From positions 7,412 to 71,411 of the forward strand of contig CAYOSQ010000001.1 in assembly GCA_964406665.1 (NCBI GenBank): DNA of 64,000 bases. The letters are read 5' to 3'. The DNA is from an uncultured Planctomycetia bacterium (lineage in GTDB: Bacteria > Omnitrophota > Gorgyraeia > VGKH01 > JBHPFN01). The position numbers were made by a program, and so were the translations under genes. A model generated the notes under the pieces. It was not told the DNA's origin and ran no database searches. It saw nothing but the letters and a program-made list of their open reading frames with translations. This document shows positions 1 to 9,924 of the stretch, in pieces (the first letter of the stretch is position 1; each line of letters begins with the position of its first letter).

Positions 1-2
1 TA

Positions 3-326
3 TTAAAGATACTTAAAAAGTTAATGCCGGGTATAGAAAATCACATAGATACAACATTAACCGCTACGCCGCTTACTTTTGAAAGATATACCTCAAATAA
101 ACAGGGAGCAGCTTATGGTTGGGCGCCAACGCCTCAACAGGCGAATTCTTCTTTAATCCCACAAGAAACATCTATTGAAGGATTGTATTTAACAGGCCAC
201 TGGTGCACCAAAGGGATTGGTACAGGATGCATTTCAGGAGTAGCAAGCTTAGGCAGAAACGCTGCAAAGCTTGTCTTAGAAAACAAGGGTAAAAAATGGG
301 ATTACCCAATATTGTTCAGGAAATAA
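3..326 (+). CDS. C-terminal part of FAD-dependent oxidoreductase, phytoene desaturase (CrtI)-like family; 5'-truncated by window edge
   Basis: Frame is open to the window edge (LKILKKLMPG...). TPLTFERYT..GAAYGW and IEGLYLTGHW..G.G.ISGV..GR.AA motifs are typical of CrtI-like C-termini. Confidence 0.8.
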   Translation, partial: LKILKKLMPGIENHIDTTLTATPLTFERYTSNKQGAAYGWAPTPQQANSSLIPQETSIEGLYLTGHWCTKGIGTGCISGVASLGRNAAKLVLENKGKKWDYPILFRK

Positions 327-330
327 TATC

Positions 331-1062
331 ATGAGCTTCAAAGAAAAAAACGCTATAGTTATTGAGGGCAACCGCCGGCTCGGCGCCCAAGCAAGTATTG
401 AGCTGGCTAAAAAAGGTGCTAAGGTAACTGTCTTAACAAGCATGGCCGATAACAGTTTTTCTAAGCTTATCAATAAGAATAAACTAAATATACGATGCAT
501 AAAAATTGGCAAACAAAAAACCTCTCTAAAGAGTGGCATTGCTAAAGCTAAAAAAATATGTAAATCTATCGATATCGTTATAAATTATCTAAATGCTGAA
601 AAAGGATCTCATTACTCAATTGGCAAAAAGAAAGCCGTAAAGCAAAGCTGGCAATCATTCTTTTCAGTAAATCTAAAAAGTTTTAACTCATCTCTTGAGA
701 CAATTATCTCTTCCATGGTTAATCAAAAAAATAGCACTATTATAACGCTCGCTGACACACCTATTCAAGGAACCCTGCATTATCTTACAGTGAGAAATAT
801 TATTACAGCAACTACCAAAACCTTAGGCAGAGAGCTGGCAAAAAAGAATATTCGCCTCAATGCAGTTATCCCAGGACCTATCGAGGGTGAAGACTACTCC
901 AGGGTCCTTAGAACCCACGCAGCAGCACTGTCGATGTATTTTCCTCATTTTAAACCTGCCAAAATAAATGAAATAGTCGAGCCGGTTTTGTTTCTGGCTA
1001 GTAAAGATTCCAGCTATATATTCTCAGAAACTATCCGCGTTGATTCTGGCTTCGCCTCATAA
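331..1062 (+). CDS. SDR family oxidoreductase (degenerate motifs)
   Basis: TKTLGRELAKKNIRLNAVIPG and VLFLAS..SSYI..ETIRVDSG motifs. The Rossmann and YxxxK motifs are non-canonical. Confidence 0.8.
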   Translation: MSFKEKNAIVIEGNRRLGAQASIELAKKGAKVTVLTSMADNSFSKLINKNKLNIRCIKIGKQKTSLKSGIAKAKKICKSIDIVINYLNAEKGSHYSIGKKKAVKQSWQSFFSVNLKSFNSSLETIISSMVNQKNSTIITLADTPIQGTLHYLTVRNIITATTKTLGRELAKKNIRLNAVIPGPIEGEDYSRVLRTHAAALSMYFPHFKPAKINEIVEPVLFLASKDSSYIFSETIRVDSGFAS

Positions 1063-1074
1063 AATACGAATGTG

Positions 1075-1103
1075 TTGACAAATCATCATGCATATCCTAC
1101 AAT
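1075..1103 (+). promoter_or_regulatory. Sigma70-type promoter (probably leaderless transcript)
   Basis: TTGACA-17 nt-TACAAT; the GTG start lies 7 nt downstream of the -10 box. Confidence 0.7.
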
Positions 1104-1109
1104 TTTCTT

Positions 1110-2612
1110 GTGGACCTATTAAAGTATCCTAAAAAATCTATCAGCTATATAGAAAATCCTAATGTCCCTCTTCTATATTATTTCCTAACATTTTTTGCAG
1201 TAATAAGCTTAAGGAATTTCCTAGATATTTTCTCCGATACCGCACGCATATCATTTACATTATTTCCTATAACTCACGAATTATTTATGGCAGCATATGT
1301 AAGTCTAGGCATATCTTTCGCCCATTTTTATCTTTTCTGGATTGCGCTATTTTTGATATTTCCCTTTATAGCTACGTTTATTACTAAACAAGATATAGGT
1401 AAAACTCTGCGCATTATCTTAGGTTTCAGCTGGATTATAGTCATTACTCCAATTGCTGATCTTTTACTTTCAAGAGGTCAGGGCATCGAGGCAACATTTA
1501 TAGCACCAACAAGTTTAGGAAGCATTATTCCTTTGCCACAGGCGCTTAACCCTGGAGAAAAAATAACCTGCGTTGTCAGTATCCTGCTAATTTTTACTTA
1601 TGCAATCGTCAAAACGAAGAAGCTAAACAAGGCCTTACTTTTAGCTTTTCTTTTTTATTTAGTTAATATGCTTAGTTTTATGTTTCCGTTTTTAATCACA
1701 TCAATCGCAAGAATATTTAATAAGGCTTTTACAATAACATCTCCGGCAAACATAATTCCTATTCTCTCTGCCGTAATAGTTGTTGAAGCTGCTTTTCTTT
1801 TCTATTTATACGATAAAAAGTTCTTTATCTCCATTGTTAAAAGTGCGGGAATTTTAAAAAGTCTGCAGCTTGTTTTTATGTTTACCTTGGGTATCCTACT
1901 TTTTAGAGCGCGCCTTAACGGATTTATATTTAATAATATCGGTTTATTTTTCTTAAGTTCTTTAGTAATCATGCTCGCCTTAACTGCAATAACTCTTTTT
2001 AAAAGAAGCCGAGATGGATTAACACCATGTAAAACATCGCTAAAGATTTCATCTATTGCTCTGCTACTTGCGATTTTATGTGCAGCTTCAATAAACATAA
2101 CAACACTTTTTTTCCTTTTGGTCGCAATTGCCTGTGCTTTTATATACTACCTGCCACCTTTAAAATTAATGCGCATTCCTTTTTTCTCAAAAGTTTTTCT
2201 AGCATTAATGATTCTACTAATTATTATGCTAGGGTGGCTTTTTGCCGGTGGTGAGCTTTCTCAGTTCCCTCAGATATTTAGCCTATACATTCTAATTTTC
2301 TTCACCGGCTGCCTGAACATTACTGAAATCAATAAAAAACAAGACGCCGCCAAAGATGCCTTCCCCTTGCTAGAGATGTTCGGCGAAAAAAGATATAAGC
2401 TATTTATCGGCTGCTTATTTTTTCTATCCTATCTGTTGATTCCCTTGGTGCTAGTAGCAAAGATCTTGTTGATTCCCAGCATTTTATTCGCTGCGCTGTT
2501 TTTATTTTTCATTGTAAGAAAAAACTACCAAGAACATCCCATCATACTTACTTACACAGTAAGCCTCGCAGGAATACTTATTTGGCTAAACTATTTCAGA
2601 ATAACTGGATAA
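1110..2612 (+). CDS. Polytopic membrane protein with C-terminal UbiA prenyltransferase-like region
   Basis: Many hydrophobic segments. YYLPPLKLMRIPF resembles the UbiA YSxPPxRLKR loop, but the Asp-rich motifs are eroded. Confidence 0.55.
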   Translation: MDLLKYPKKSISYIENPNVPLLYYFLTFFAVISLRNFLDIFSDTARISFTLFPITHELFMAAYVSLGISFAHFYLFWIALFLIFPFIATFITKQDIGKTLRIILGFSWIIVITPIADLLLSRGQGIEATFIAPTSLGSIIPLPQALNPGEKITCVVSILLIFTYAIVKTKKLNKALLLAFLFYLVNMLSFMFPFLITSIARIFNKAFTITSPANIIPILSAVIVVEAAFLFYLYDKKFFISIVKSAGILKSLQLVFMFTLGILLFRARLNGFIFNNIGLFFLSSLVIMLALTAITLFKRSRDGLTPCKTSLKISSIALLLAILCAASINITTLFFLLVAIACAFIYYLPPLKLMRIPFFSKVFLALMILLIIMLGWLFAGGELSQFPQIFSLYILIFFTGCLNITEINKKQDAAKDAFPLLEMFGEKRYKLFIGCLFFLSYLLIPLVLVAKILLIPSILFAALFLFFIVRKNYQEHPIILTYTVSLAGILIWLNYFRITG

Positions 2613-2637
2613 TCTTTTTAATTAAATATAGAAGGTT

Positions 2638-3171
2638 TTAGTGGATGCGAAAACTGCGGATTGCTTTTTTAAACGTAGATTCATAATTAGCAAATTGGAT
2701 ATCCTGAGCAGTACAAGTTACGATATAAGCCTTACCGTCCTTAACCCATAATACTGCCAAGGTTTTTATAGACATGTCTTGACCATCACTGGTAAAACTA
2801 AGCCAGTTACCGCGGTGCGACCCAGAAGAGATCTCCCCTTCAGAAATACCATATTCTTCTCCAGGGACTGTTTCTAAGGTTTCGTTTTTGAATAGTTCAA
2901 AAAAAGTAACCGTTTGCATACCGACAGGTGCAGTGGTAACTACTACGTTGATATTCTCCTGAAAACGATCTGCTTTATCTTCCAGCGGGGATTTAGTTAG
3001 AATTATCGTTCCGTACAATCCCTCTATCTTAACCCACAAACGAGGTAGAGAAATTGAGAAACCATAATGCTTGCTTTCATAATTCTGCCACAGAAGCCCA
3101 GGCACAAACAAAATCATTGCCATTATAACAACGAGCATAATTCCAATAATTCTTTTAGCTTTTAAGCTCAT
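2638..3171 (-). CDS. DcrB/PsbP-like membrane-anchored protein at end of tad operon
   Basis: N-terminal TM. YGFSISLP..W, FQENINVVV, GKAYIVTCTA and F...IRSF are PsbP/DcrB-like patterns. Confidence 0.6.
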   Translation of the reverse strand: MSLKAKRIIGIMLVVIMAMILFVPGLLWQNYESKHYGFSISLPRLWVKIEGLYGTIILTKSPLEDKADRFQENINVVVTTAPVGMQTVTFFELFKNETLETVPGEEYGISEGEISSGSHRGNWLSFTSDGQDMSIKTLAVLWVKDGKAYIVTCTAQDIQFANYESTFKKAIRSFRIH

Positions 3172-3173
3172 TA

Positions 3174-4052
3174 TTAAAATCCTCCTGGGATTAATTCTCC
3201 TGAAGTAAACTTAATGATAATTGGGCCTGCAACAACAATCATAATTACCGGCAGAATAAAAAACAACAGTGGAAACAGAATCTTAAGAGATGCAGCAATT
3301 GCCTGCCTCTCCCCTTCTATAAAACGCCCTTCGCGGGTATCTTCAGATAAGTTCCTGAAGGCCTCTTCAACAGAAGTACCCATGCGCTCAGACTGAACAA
3401 CCGTACGCACAAAACTTCTGATATCAGGAATATCTAATCTTCTAGACATATCTTTTAAAGCATCTATTCTATTGCGGCCTACCTGAATTTCTTTAAGCAC
3501 AAGTTCAAGTTGTTCGCTAAATGCGTTTCTATCTACTTTCTCAATTACCCATTTAAGTGATGATGTAAAATCTAATCCGGCACCGATACAAAGATCAATT
3601 AAGTCTATAGTTTCTGGAAACACCCTGACTATTTCGCGCTTCTTTTGTTTTATCTTATTCATGAAAATCATGTCTGGAATAAAGAAGCCAATCGTTCCAC
3701 CCGCGAATGCATAGCCTTCTGTCTGGGTTAACAAATAAACAATAAATCCGCTGAACAATGACAAAAATATTTTAACCAACACCAATCCGGTAACATCGAG
3801 ATTGATTCTTAAAACCTCTGTTTGCATCTGAAGTTTCTTTAAATATGCCATATTGGCAATCGGCTGAGTCAAAGGAAGCAGGGGTTTCAACAATTTAGAA
3901 GAAGAAAGCTGATTAAGCCTAGATCCTTTAGAATCCAATACAGAACGCAAACGTGGTTTCTTTTGCACCTGAAGCATAGAGGTAGACATCATATAAACTG
4001 CCGTAGCAACCATAACTAAAATAGAATAATATAAAGTTGTCTCAAAATCCAT
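3174..4052 (-). CDS. tadC: Tad pilus inner-membrane platform protein TadC (T2SSF domain)
   Basis: FPETIDLIDLCIGAGLDF, G..RIDAL, QSERMGT and KILFPLLFFILP motifs. Confidence 0.9.
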   Translation of the reverse strand: MDFETTLYYSILVMVATAVYMMSTSMLQVQKKPRLRSVLDSKGSRLNQLSSSKLLKPLLPLTQPIANMAYLKKLQMQTEVLRINLDVTGLVLVKIFLSLFSGFIVYLLTQTEGYAFAGGTIGFFIPDMIFMNKIKQKKREIVRVFPETIDLIDLCIGAGLDFTSSLKWVIEKVDRNAFSEQLELVLKEIQVGRNRIDALKDMSRRLDIPDIRSFVRTVVQSERMGTSVEEAFRNLSEDTREGRFIEGERQAIAASLKILFPLLFFILPVIMIVVAGPIIIKFTSGELIPGGF

Positions 4053-4906
4053 TATACCCTCAATGTACTGATCTTCTTAATCAGAAATATAGCAAGTATC
4101 TGAGCTATAACTGCAGCAATAAGTAACATCCTGCCCTGCTCAGAACTCCACATAACATCAAAATGATCCGGCTGCTGCTTAGATATGAACAATGCGAAGC
4201 CAATCGGTAAAATACTCATAATGACACCTTGCATTCTTCCCTGCAGAGTAAGAGTCGCTATTTTATTTTTCAATTTTATATTGTTACGCATCGTCTCAAC
4301 AAGCCTGGAAAAAACCCTGGTTAACTCACCACCTGTCTCGCGGGCAACTAGAACAGAGCTAACCAAAAGATTTACTTCTTCAATCGGCATTCTTACCCTC
4401 AGCTTACGCATAGAATCTTCCAGGCTAACGCCCCACTTATTTTCCTTAAGGATCAAATTAAATTCCTGTGATACAGGAGGAGGCATCTCTTCACATAATA
4501 CTTCTATTGCCTGTATAAGACTCAATCCACCTTTTAATGAAGAAGAAAGAATCATCATACTATCAACTAACTGAGCCGTAAACTGCTTAAGCCTTCTTTG
4601 TTTAATAAAATTACTCGCAAAACCTGGAAAGGCTAGGCCTAAGAAAAACCCTACAATCAAACCTATTACACTTTGGAACAAAATAAAAAATGCCCCTGCA
4701 AAAATCAAGGGACATACAGAAATTAAAACTAGCTTCTTCTTTTCTAAAAAAATAAAAGAGTCTTCTAGTTTATCTACTACCTTATCTACTCTTTTTTCCT
4801 GCCAACTACCCCACTTTTTTGCAAAAGCAGGAATAATCGCTTCGACCAAAACGAAAGAAAAAATATAAGTTGCTATAAAAACTAGTAAATATATAAGTGC
4901 GTTCAT
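4052..4906 (-). CDS. tadB: Tad pilus inner-membrane platform protein TadB
   Basis: F..QL.D.M..LSSSLKGGLSL.QA, PPPVSQEF, RETGGEL and LTLQGRMQG motifs. Confidence 0.9.
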   Translation of the reverse strand: MNALIYLLVFIATYIFSFVLVEAIIPAFAKKWGSWQEKRVDKVVDKLEDSFIFLEKKKLVLISVCPLIFAGAFFILFQSVIGLIVGFFLGLAFPGFASNFIKQRRLKQFTAQLVDSMMILSSSLKGGLSLIQAIEVLCEEMPPPVSQEFNLILKENKWGVSLEDSMRKLRVRMPIEEVNLLVSSVLVARETGGELTRVFSRLVETMRNNIKLKNKIATLTLQGRMQGVIMSILPIGFALFISKQQPDHFDVMWSSEQGRMLLIAAVIAQILAIFLIKKISTLRV

Positions 4907-4915
4907 AGGGCAATA

Positions 4916-5167
4916 CTATGGGGTCGGCGTGCTTATATCTGTAGTTACTGTACTACGAATACCTTCGTTTCCAACTATATCCGGCACATAGGTCTCCCCT
5001 CTACCGTAAGTCTCAGAAACTTCACGCCATTTTCCCACAAAACTATTTCTTATATAATACCCCATAACCACCAAAGTTGCAACAACAATTACAAGTAAAA
5101 CTACATAATCTAGCATTGCCTGAGCATGTCGGTAGCATTTTTGTTTTCTTTTCATCTTACTCCCCAC
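4916..5167 (-). CDS. Flp/TadE-like prepilin
   Basis: Basic leader, AQ|AMLDY, then a hydrophobic helix. Confidence 0.7.
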   Translation of the reverse strand: MGSKMKRKQKCYRHAQAMLDYVVLLVIVVATLVVMGYYIRNSFVGKWREVSETYGRGETYVPDIVGNEGIRSTVTTDISTPTP

Positions 5168-5227
5168 AATCTAAACTTATTATATTATTTTCAATAAAAT
5201 ATTTTTGTTTCAACTAACAAAATCTCA

Positions 5228-7498
5228 TTATTCCAGAGGTAGAGGACATGGATTTGAGTCGCCCCACGGCCAATCCGGATTCTCATAATCAGGATCAGGT
5301 ATTGCTGCTGGACAAGGAGGATAATCTTCCTGACATAAGATATTACAACACTCTAATTTCTCCGGTTCATCGCTTGTTGCGTAGTGAGAACAACAGTCCT
5401 GACACTCTTCCACCAAGCCAACGCATTCACTTATGCATTCTGCCTGACAATATGGCAAGATTTCTCCTTCTTCTCCTAAGCATGCTTCTTCAAATAAGTC
5501 TGCATTGAAACAATCCGGACATTCATCTTGTATATTCGTATCACCATCAATAAGATCAGCAATTTCTGCAATACAACGCTGTTGACAATCAGTAAGTGTC
5601 TCTCCGAAAAAACATTCATCAGTTGCAACATCATTAAATCCATCCCTATCAGCATCAAACCATCCATTGCCCGGCATTATTTCACAACAGGCATCTATAG
5701 CTAGCTTTAAAGCTTCAAGTGCATTTTGCTGAGCAATCAACCCATCTTCTGCATCATTGATTAATTGTTGAAGCCTATCTCGCAATGTTGATAATCCACA
5801 CAAAGGACCTTCTACCATATTAATACATTCTGATAGAGGAATATCTGATGCCATAATGTCACAACCTTCATCGCAATCCTCTGTAGGCTCCACACACCCT
5901 CTGCCCCAAAGATCAGGAGGATTATTGCCACATTCAACATTATTGTTTACCCAGGGATGAAGATAAGCCCTCTCTCCTCCCGGCAAACTATCCCACCAAG
6001 GAGGATATTGTCCATAGCTTTGCGTCTGGTGCATTACTTTAAGCTCGCAATTATAGAAAAGCCCGTCATTATTATCCAAACAGCAAAAACTTTCACAGCA
6101 CTCCTCTTCATAATCTAAACCAGCTCCTGTTGTCATACAATTTTCAACACATGGAGGCACTTCTTCTGTCCACATGCAGTATCCATAGCACGGAGGATTA
6201 TTGCCAGCATCATCGCACTGAAAACACTCTCTAACATTCCAGCAATACCACCAAAAGCGTCCCCAATCACTACCACAATCGTTTTCAAGCTGCCAGTCAG
6301 TCATTGTGGTATCGCAATGATCATCCTGACAATCGCTGGAACGTGGCGGAACACACAAAGCCATGCAATTATCAAAAGGATCTCCCGGGGGAAGACCTTG
6401 ACACCCTCCAAACATTGGAGAAGTGTTTGCACACCAATCTTCTGCCTCAGCATCACACTGATCTTCACATCTATCTTCTGCCCAAGTATAACAAGGAGCC
6501 TTACAAGGCTCTATGGCAGGCTCTGCGCAATCTTTCTGACAGCGCAACTCTGCATACTCTGCACAGCCATTGCCCGCGAGACCCGATGTAATTCCATTAA
6601 TGATATTATTGGCTTCAGATATCCTAACACCTAACTCTGCTATCTGGCTATCCCACTCATCTTTATATCCTTGTATTAACATAGGGCATTGATTTGCAGC
6701 AATTAAATCTAGGCACGCATTCATTTCATCTAAATTTGTATAAACTGGGTTCTGACAACAGTTATTAATATCGTTGTACCTTGCCTGGATTTCTGCTTTC
6801 CTAGCTGCAAGCTTGTTTGCCTCTGCATCAATCTTGTTTGCAGAGTCTTTCAATTTTCTTGCAGTTACTCCAAAACCTGCCCACCAGCAAAGCTCCCACC
6901 AATCATCGCATTCTTCTGCCTGCCTTCTTAATTCTGCTGCCTCACTGCGCATAGCTCTTTCTGCATCGTCAAGCGCGTCAATCTGTCCCGCTAAAGCAGC
7001 AAGCTTTGCTTCAGTATTTCTTTCACACATACATTTATCATAAACATAACAATCTTCTCTTATTTCATATATAATAATCCCATTTTCTCCAACATGTTCT
7101 ATAACGCATTCAGGATGAGCTGCTCTACACCGTTCCTCTGCATCTGCCATACCAATGGGTTGAAGAACGAACGAAATCTCTTGATCTGTTCTTCCTGCAA
7201 AAACCCAATCGTCAGTTATGTCCAGGGGCGCTATGGGATCAATCGTAGAAGAGCCCAAATAAGCAGTATCGTTATTGAAGGCTCCGTAAGAATCTTTATT
7301 CGCTGCAACCATACGGGTATCTTGATATTCATCTTGGCGCTGGGCAAAGTTTGAGGTAAACCAAAGCCAGATACGCGTAATGCCAATGGCTAATGCTAAA
7401 ACAACTATGAAGGAAAAAACAAAACCCAGGATTGACTGACCTATTCTGCGGTTTTTTCTAACTAGGAAAGGTATTTTTTTACAACCCAAACATATCAC
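5228..7498 (-). CDS. Large cysteine-rich Tad pilin-like protein (paralog of 9925..12123)
   Basis: GQ|SILGF prepilin-like N-terminus, coiled-coil segment and dozens of Cys in CxxxC/CC patterns. Confidence 0.7.
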   Translation of the reverse strand: MICLGCKKIPFLVRKNRRIGQSILGFVFSFIVVLALAIGITRIWLWFTSNFAQRQDEYQDTRMVAANKDSYGAFNNDTAYLGSSTIDPIAPLDITDDWVFAGRTDQEISFVLQPIGMADAEERCRAAHPECVIEHVGENGIIIYEIREDCYVYDKCMCERNTEAKLAALAGQIDALDDAERAMRSEAAELRRQAEECDDWWELCWWAGFGVTARKLKDSANKIDAEANKLAARKAEIQARYNDINNCCQNPVYTNLDEMNACLDLIAANQCPMLIQGYKDEWDSQIAELGVRISEANNIINGITSGLAGNGCAEYAELRCQKDCAEPAIEPCKAPCYTWAEDRCEDQCDAEAEDWCANTSPMFGGCQGLPPGDPFDNCMALCVPPRSSDCQDDHCDTTMTDWQLENDCGSDWGRFWWYCWNVRECFQCDDAGNNPPCYGYCMWTEEVPPCVENCMTTGAGLDYEEECCESFCCLDNNDGLFYNCELKVMHQTQSYGQYPPWWDSLPGGERAYLHPWVNNNVECGNNPPDLWGRGCVEPTEDCDEGCDIMASDIPLSECINMVEGPLCGLSTLRDRLQQLINDAEDGLIAQQNALEALKLAIDACCEIMPGNGWFDADRDGFNDVATDECFFGETLTDCQQRCIAEIADLIDGDTNIQDECPDCFNADLFEEACLGEEGEILPYCQAECISECVGLVEECQDCCSHYATSDEPEKLECCNILCQEDYPPCPAAIPDPDYENPDWPWGDSNPCPLPLE

Positions 7499-8486
7499 CT
7501 TCTTCGCTGTAAACTATCTGAACTACGGCTCCTTCCTCTGAAGAAATAATATTGGGCATGATGGTAATTTTGACAAACTCATAATCATTAGTGAAATTCA
7601 AAGTATAGGTCTGATAAAATGCTTTATCTAAATCCCTGGAACCGCTGAAAGGAAAACGAAGCTTTCCTAATTTAAATCCTTTTTTGCTGCCTGACATCTT
7701 CTTATATTTATCCAGCATATCTCCTGCCTTAAAAGAACTGGTTAAATCCCAACCCTCGAGCTCCATCATCCTTTCATAAAATTCCAATGCTTCATCTAAA
7801 GAGAGTTCAGTAGTGTAAGTAACATATGTTTGTTTTCCAATGTTCATGTTGGACAATCGCACACTATCAGGTGGACGAGGAACATCTGATAAATCTTCCC
7901 CCTCTAAATCTTCTTTGGGCATATCAAAAAAAGTGTCTTCTGTTGACATGGGCAGTTCATCTAAGTTGGCAACGCCAATGGGAAGAAGATATTTAGCAAT
8001 ACCAACATCTGTGCCGTCATCAGCAGCAGTTAAAGCTACTTCAACTACTAGCTGATCTTTCTTAAACTGCATCCTGCGTATTTTGCTTCTGGGAAGTAAT
8101 TCCATAACTTTATCTTTAATGTTTCCACCTTTTAATAAAGACGCGTTTTCCGGCTTAGCTATTGACTCTGGTGGAACCATATCAGGCATTTTTTCATCTA
8201 AAACATTATCAAATTCTTCGTCTCGGAAAAAATCACTGTAATAGTTTGCAACATCGAAACGATTATCTTCACTTTTGTATACAACTCCAGAGACATCTTG
8301 ACCTCTTAATTTAAGAGTAAATGTATCTATCTTTTCACTGTTCTCTGGTGCCGGCACAACAAAATCAATACCAACCTCATCTTCAGCCCAAACAGAAGAT
8401 AACAATAAAACAAGTGTCACTACAATAATGACACCCGGATAAACAAACAAATTACTTTTTTTGAAATATTTTCTATGTACCATCAT
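7479..8486 (-). CDS. Exported hypothetical protein with two similar alpha/beta modules
   Basis: Signal-like N-terminus ending VWA-ED; repeated Y.(S/T)...V/A..(F/Y)Y....(F/W) pattern. Overlaps both neighbours in the tad operon. Confidence 0.6.
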   Translation of the reverse strand: MMVHRKYFKKSNLFVYPGVIIVVTLVLLLSSVWAEDEVGIDFVVPAPENSEKIDTFTLKLRGQDVSGVVYKSEDNRFDVANYYSDFFRDEEFDNVLDEKMPDMVPPESIAKPENASLLKGGNIKDKVMELLPRSKIRRMQFKKDQLVVEVALTAADDGTDVGIAKYLLPIGVANLDELPMSTEDTFFDMPKEDLEGEDLSDVPRPPDSVRLSNMNIGKQTYVTYTTELSLDEALEFYERMMELEGWDLTSSFKAGDMLDKYKKMSGSKKGFKLGKLRFPFSGSRDLDKAFYQTYTLNFTNDYEFVKITIMPNIISSEEGAVVQIVYSEEGDMFGL

Positions 8487-9906
8487 CCCATTCTATCTCT
8501 TCTATGCCTGCTTCATAAAGATGTAGTTCAGTATTAAAATAATCTTCCCAGTGAGATATGATATAGGCAATGCCGATAGGTGCAGCTAACAATGTAAGGA
8601 ATATACCCCAGAGATTATCGGCATCCCATAAAGTCGGCTGAATAGTAGAAGTCCTTCCTCCGGGATAGCTTTCTACAAAAACCCGTGAGGAAGACTCGGC
8701 ATCAATTTGCTCCAACATAGGATCAGAATTACCATAGCGGAAATTCCATAAACCTAAGTTTTCTCCCTGCTTGTACCTTTGCACTTTAACCAATATAGGA
8801 CTGTTTTCTACCTGCCACTGTTGACCATCCATACCACCTTCGCTTGGATCTTTAAACTTCAGGCCGAAAGCAATGGATTTAATTAGCAACCTTCCTATTG
8901 TTGCCTCGGCACCGGCAAACAACCCTGCGATAATTGGTGCAAGCGGACCTGCCCAACCACACATGGCCAGCCAAGTAGGATATCTTGTTACAAATATATA
9001 GGCCCAAGCTAAATTAGCAGCCATATCCTGAGGTGCACCTAAATCAACTAAATCCAAAATGTACAACATTCTCATAGAAATTACACTTACTTCTACCCAG
9101 TTATCATAATCTCTCCAACAGCCATCATCCAGGCCGCCCCCCAAACAAGCTTGTTGATTTCCTCCAGAATCATCAAAACTGTTATGCATTACCCAATCAT
9201 CAGCAGCAACAGACCATTGCCACTCCCAACCATAGCCGTTTATCGGCATGGGGTCGCCTAAATCTGCTGAGGGGTCGTCAGTTTCTCCAAAAACATCTTC
9301 AACCCAAAACCCAGTTTTTGAATGAGACATAAATCTGGAAAAGCCGTTCATTCCATGCTCTTTAGCGTCAGGGCTTATACCAGCTATGTATTCATCATAT
9401 GATGCATTGCTGGCAGCCTTACCCGATCCTGCAAGAAAATCTTCATAGGTAGGCCTAGGTTCATCAACGCCTACATTGTTAAACGCATACTGTATGGCCG
9501 CCTTTCTGGCTCTTGCCCAGGCCATCTGAGAATCCCAACCAGCTTTTGCAAGCTTTGATAAATTGGAAGACATTACCGTTGCCAATGTTGCTATAGCAGT
9601 AATAAGATTTCCCGGAAACGGGATAAGAAGAAGCTCTAATATAATAGCTACACATTTTATTATATTCTCACCACACATTAAGTCGCTGGTAAGACCATAG
9701 CTAAGCAACTGACCTGTCATAGTGCTAGCTGCAGAGATTGACCCTGCATCAGCAGCATTGGATACATCGGTTTTAAACAAGGCTATCTGACCTACGTTTA
9801 CGGTAATCATTACCATAACGATTACAACGCAGAGAATCGCAATCAGAAAAGGAAATATCTGACCTGATTCATACTTTGTTTTGTCTTGGGAAAACTTAAT
9901 AAACAT
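8473..9906 (-). CDS. TadG-like pilin (Tad N-terminal domain)
   Basis: SGQ|IFPFL, then TM, then NVGQ....K..VSNAADAGSISAA, the TadG/Tad_N signature. Confidence 0.8.
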   Translation of the reverse strand: MFIKFSQDKTKYESGQIFPFLIAILCVVIVMVMITVNVGQIALFKTDVSNAADAGSISAASTMTGQLLSYGLTSDLMCGENIIKCVAIILELLLIPFPGNLITAIATLATVMSSNLSKLAKAGWDSQMAWARARKAAIQYAFNNVGVDEPRPTYEDFLAGSGKAASNASYDEYIAGISPDAKEHGMNGFSRFMSHSKTGFWVEDVFGETDDPSADLGDPMPINGYGWEWQWSVAADDWVMHNSFDDSGGNQQACLGGGLDDGCWRDYDNWVEVSVISMRMLYILDLVDLGAPQDMAANLAWAYIFVTRYPTWLAMCGWAGPLAPIIAGLFAGAEATIGRLLIKSIAFGLKFKDPSEGGMDGQQWQVENSPILVKVQRYKQGENLGLWNFRYGNSDPMLEQIDAESSSRVFVESYPGGRTSTIQPTLWDADNLWGIFLTLLAAPIGIAYIISHWEDYFNTELHLYEAGIEEIEWDDGT

Positions 9907-9924
9907 AAAATCCTTTTTCCACTA

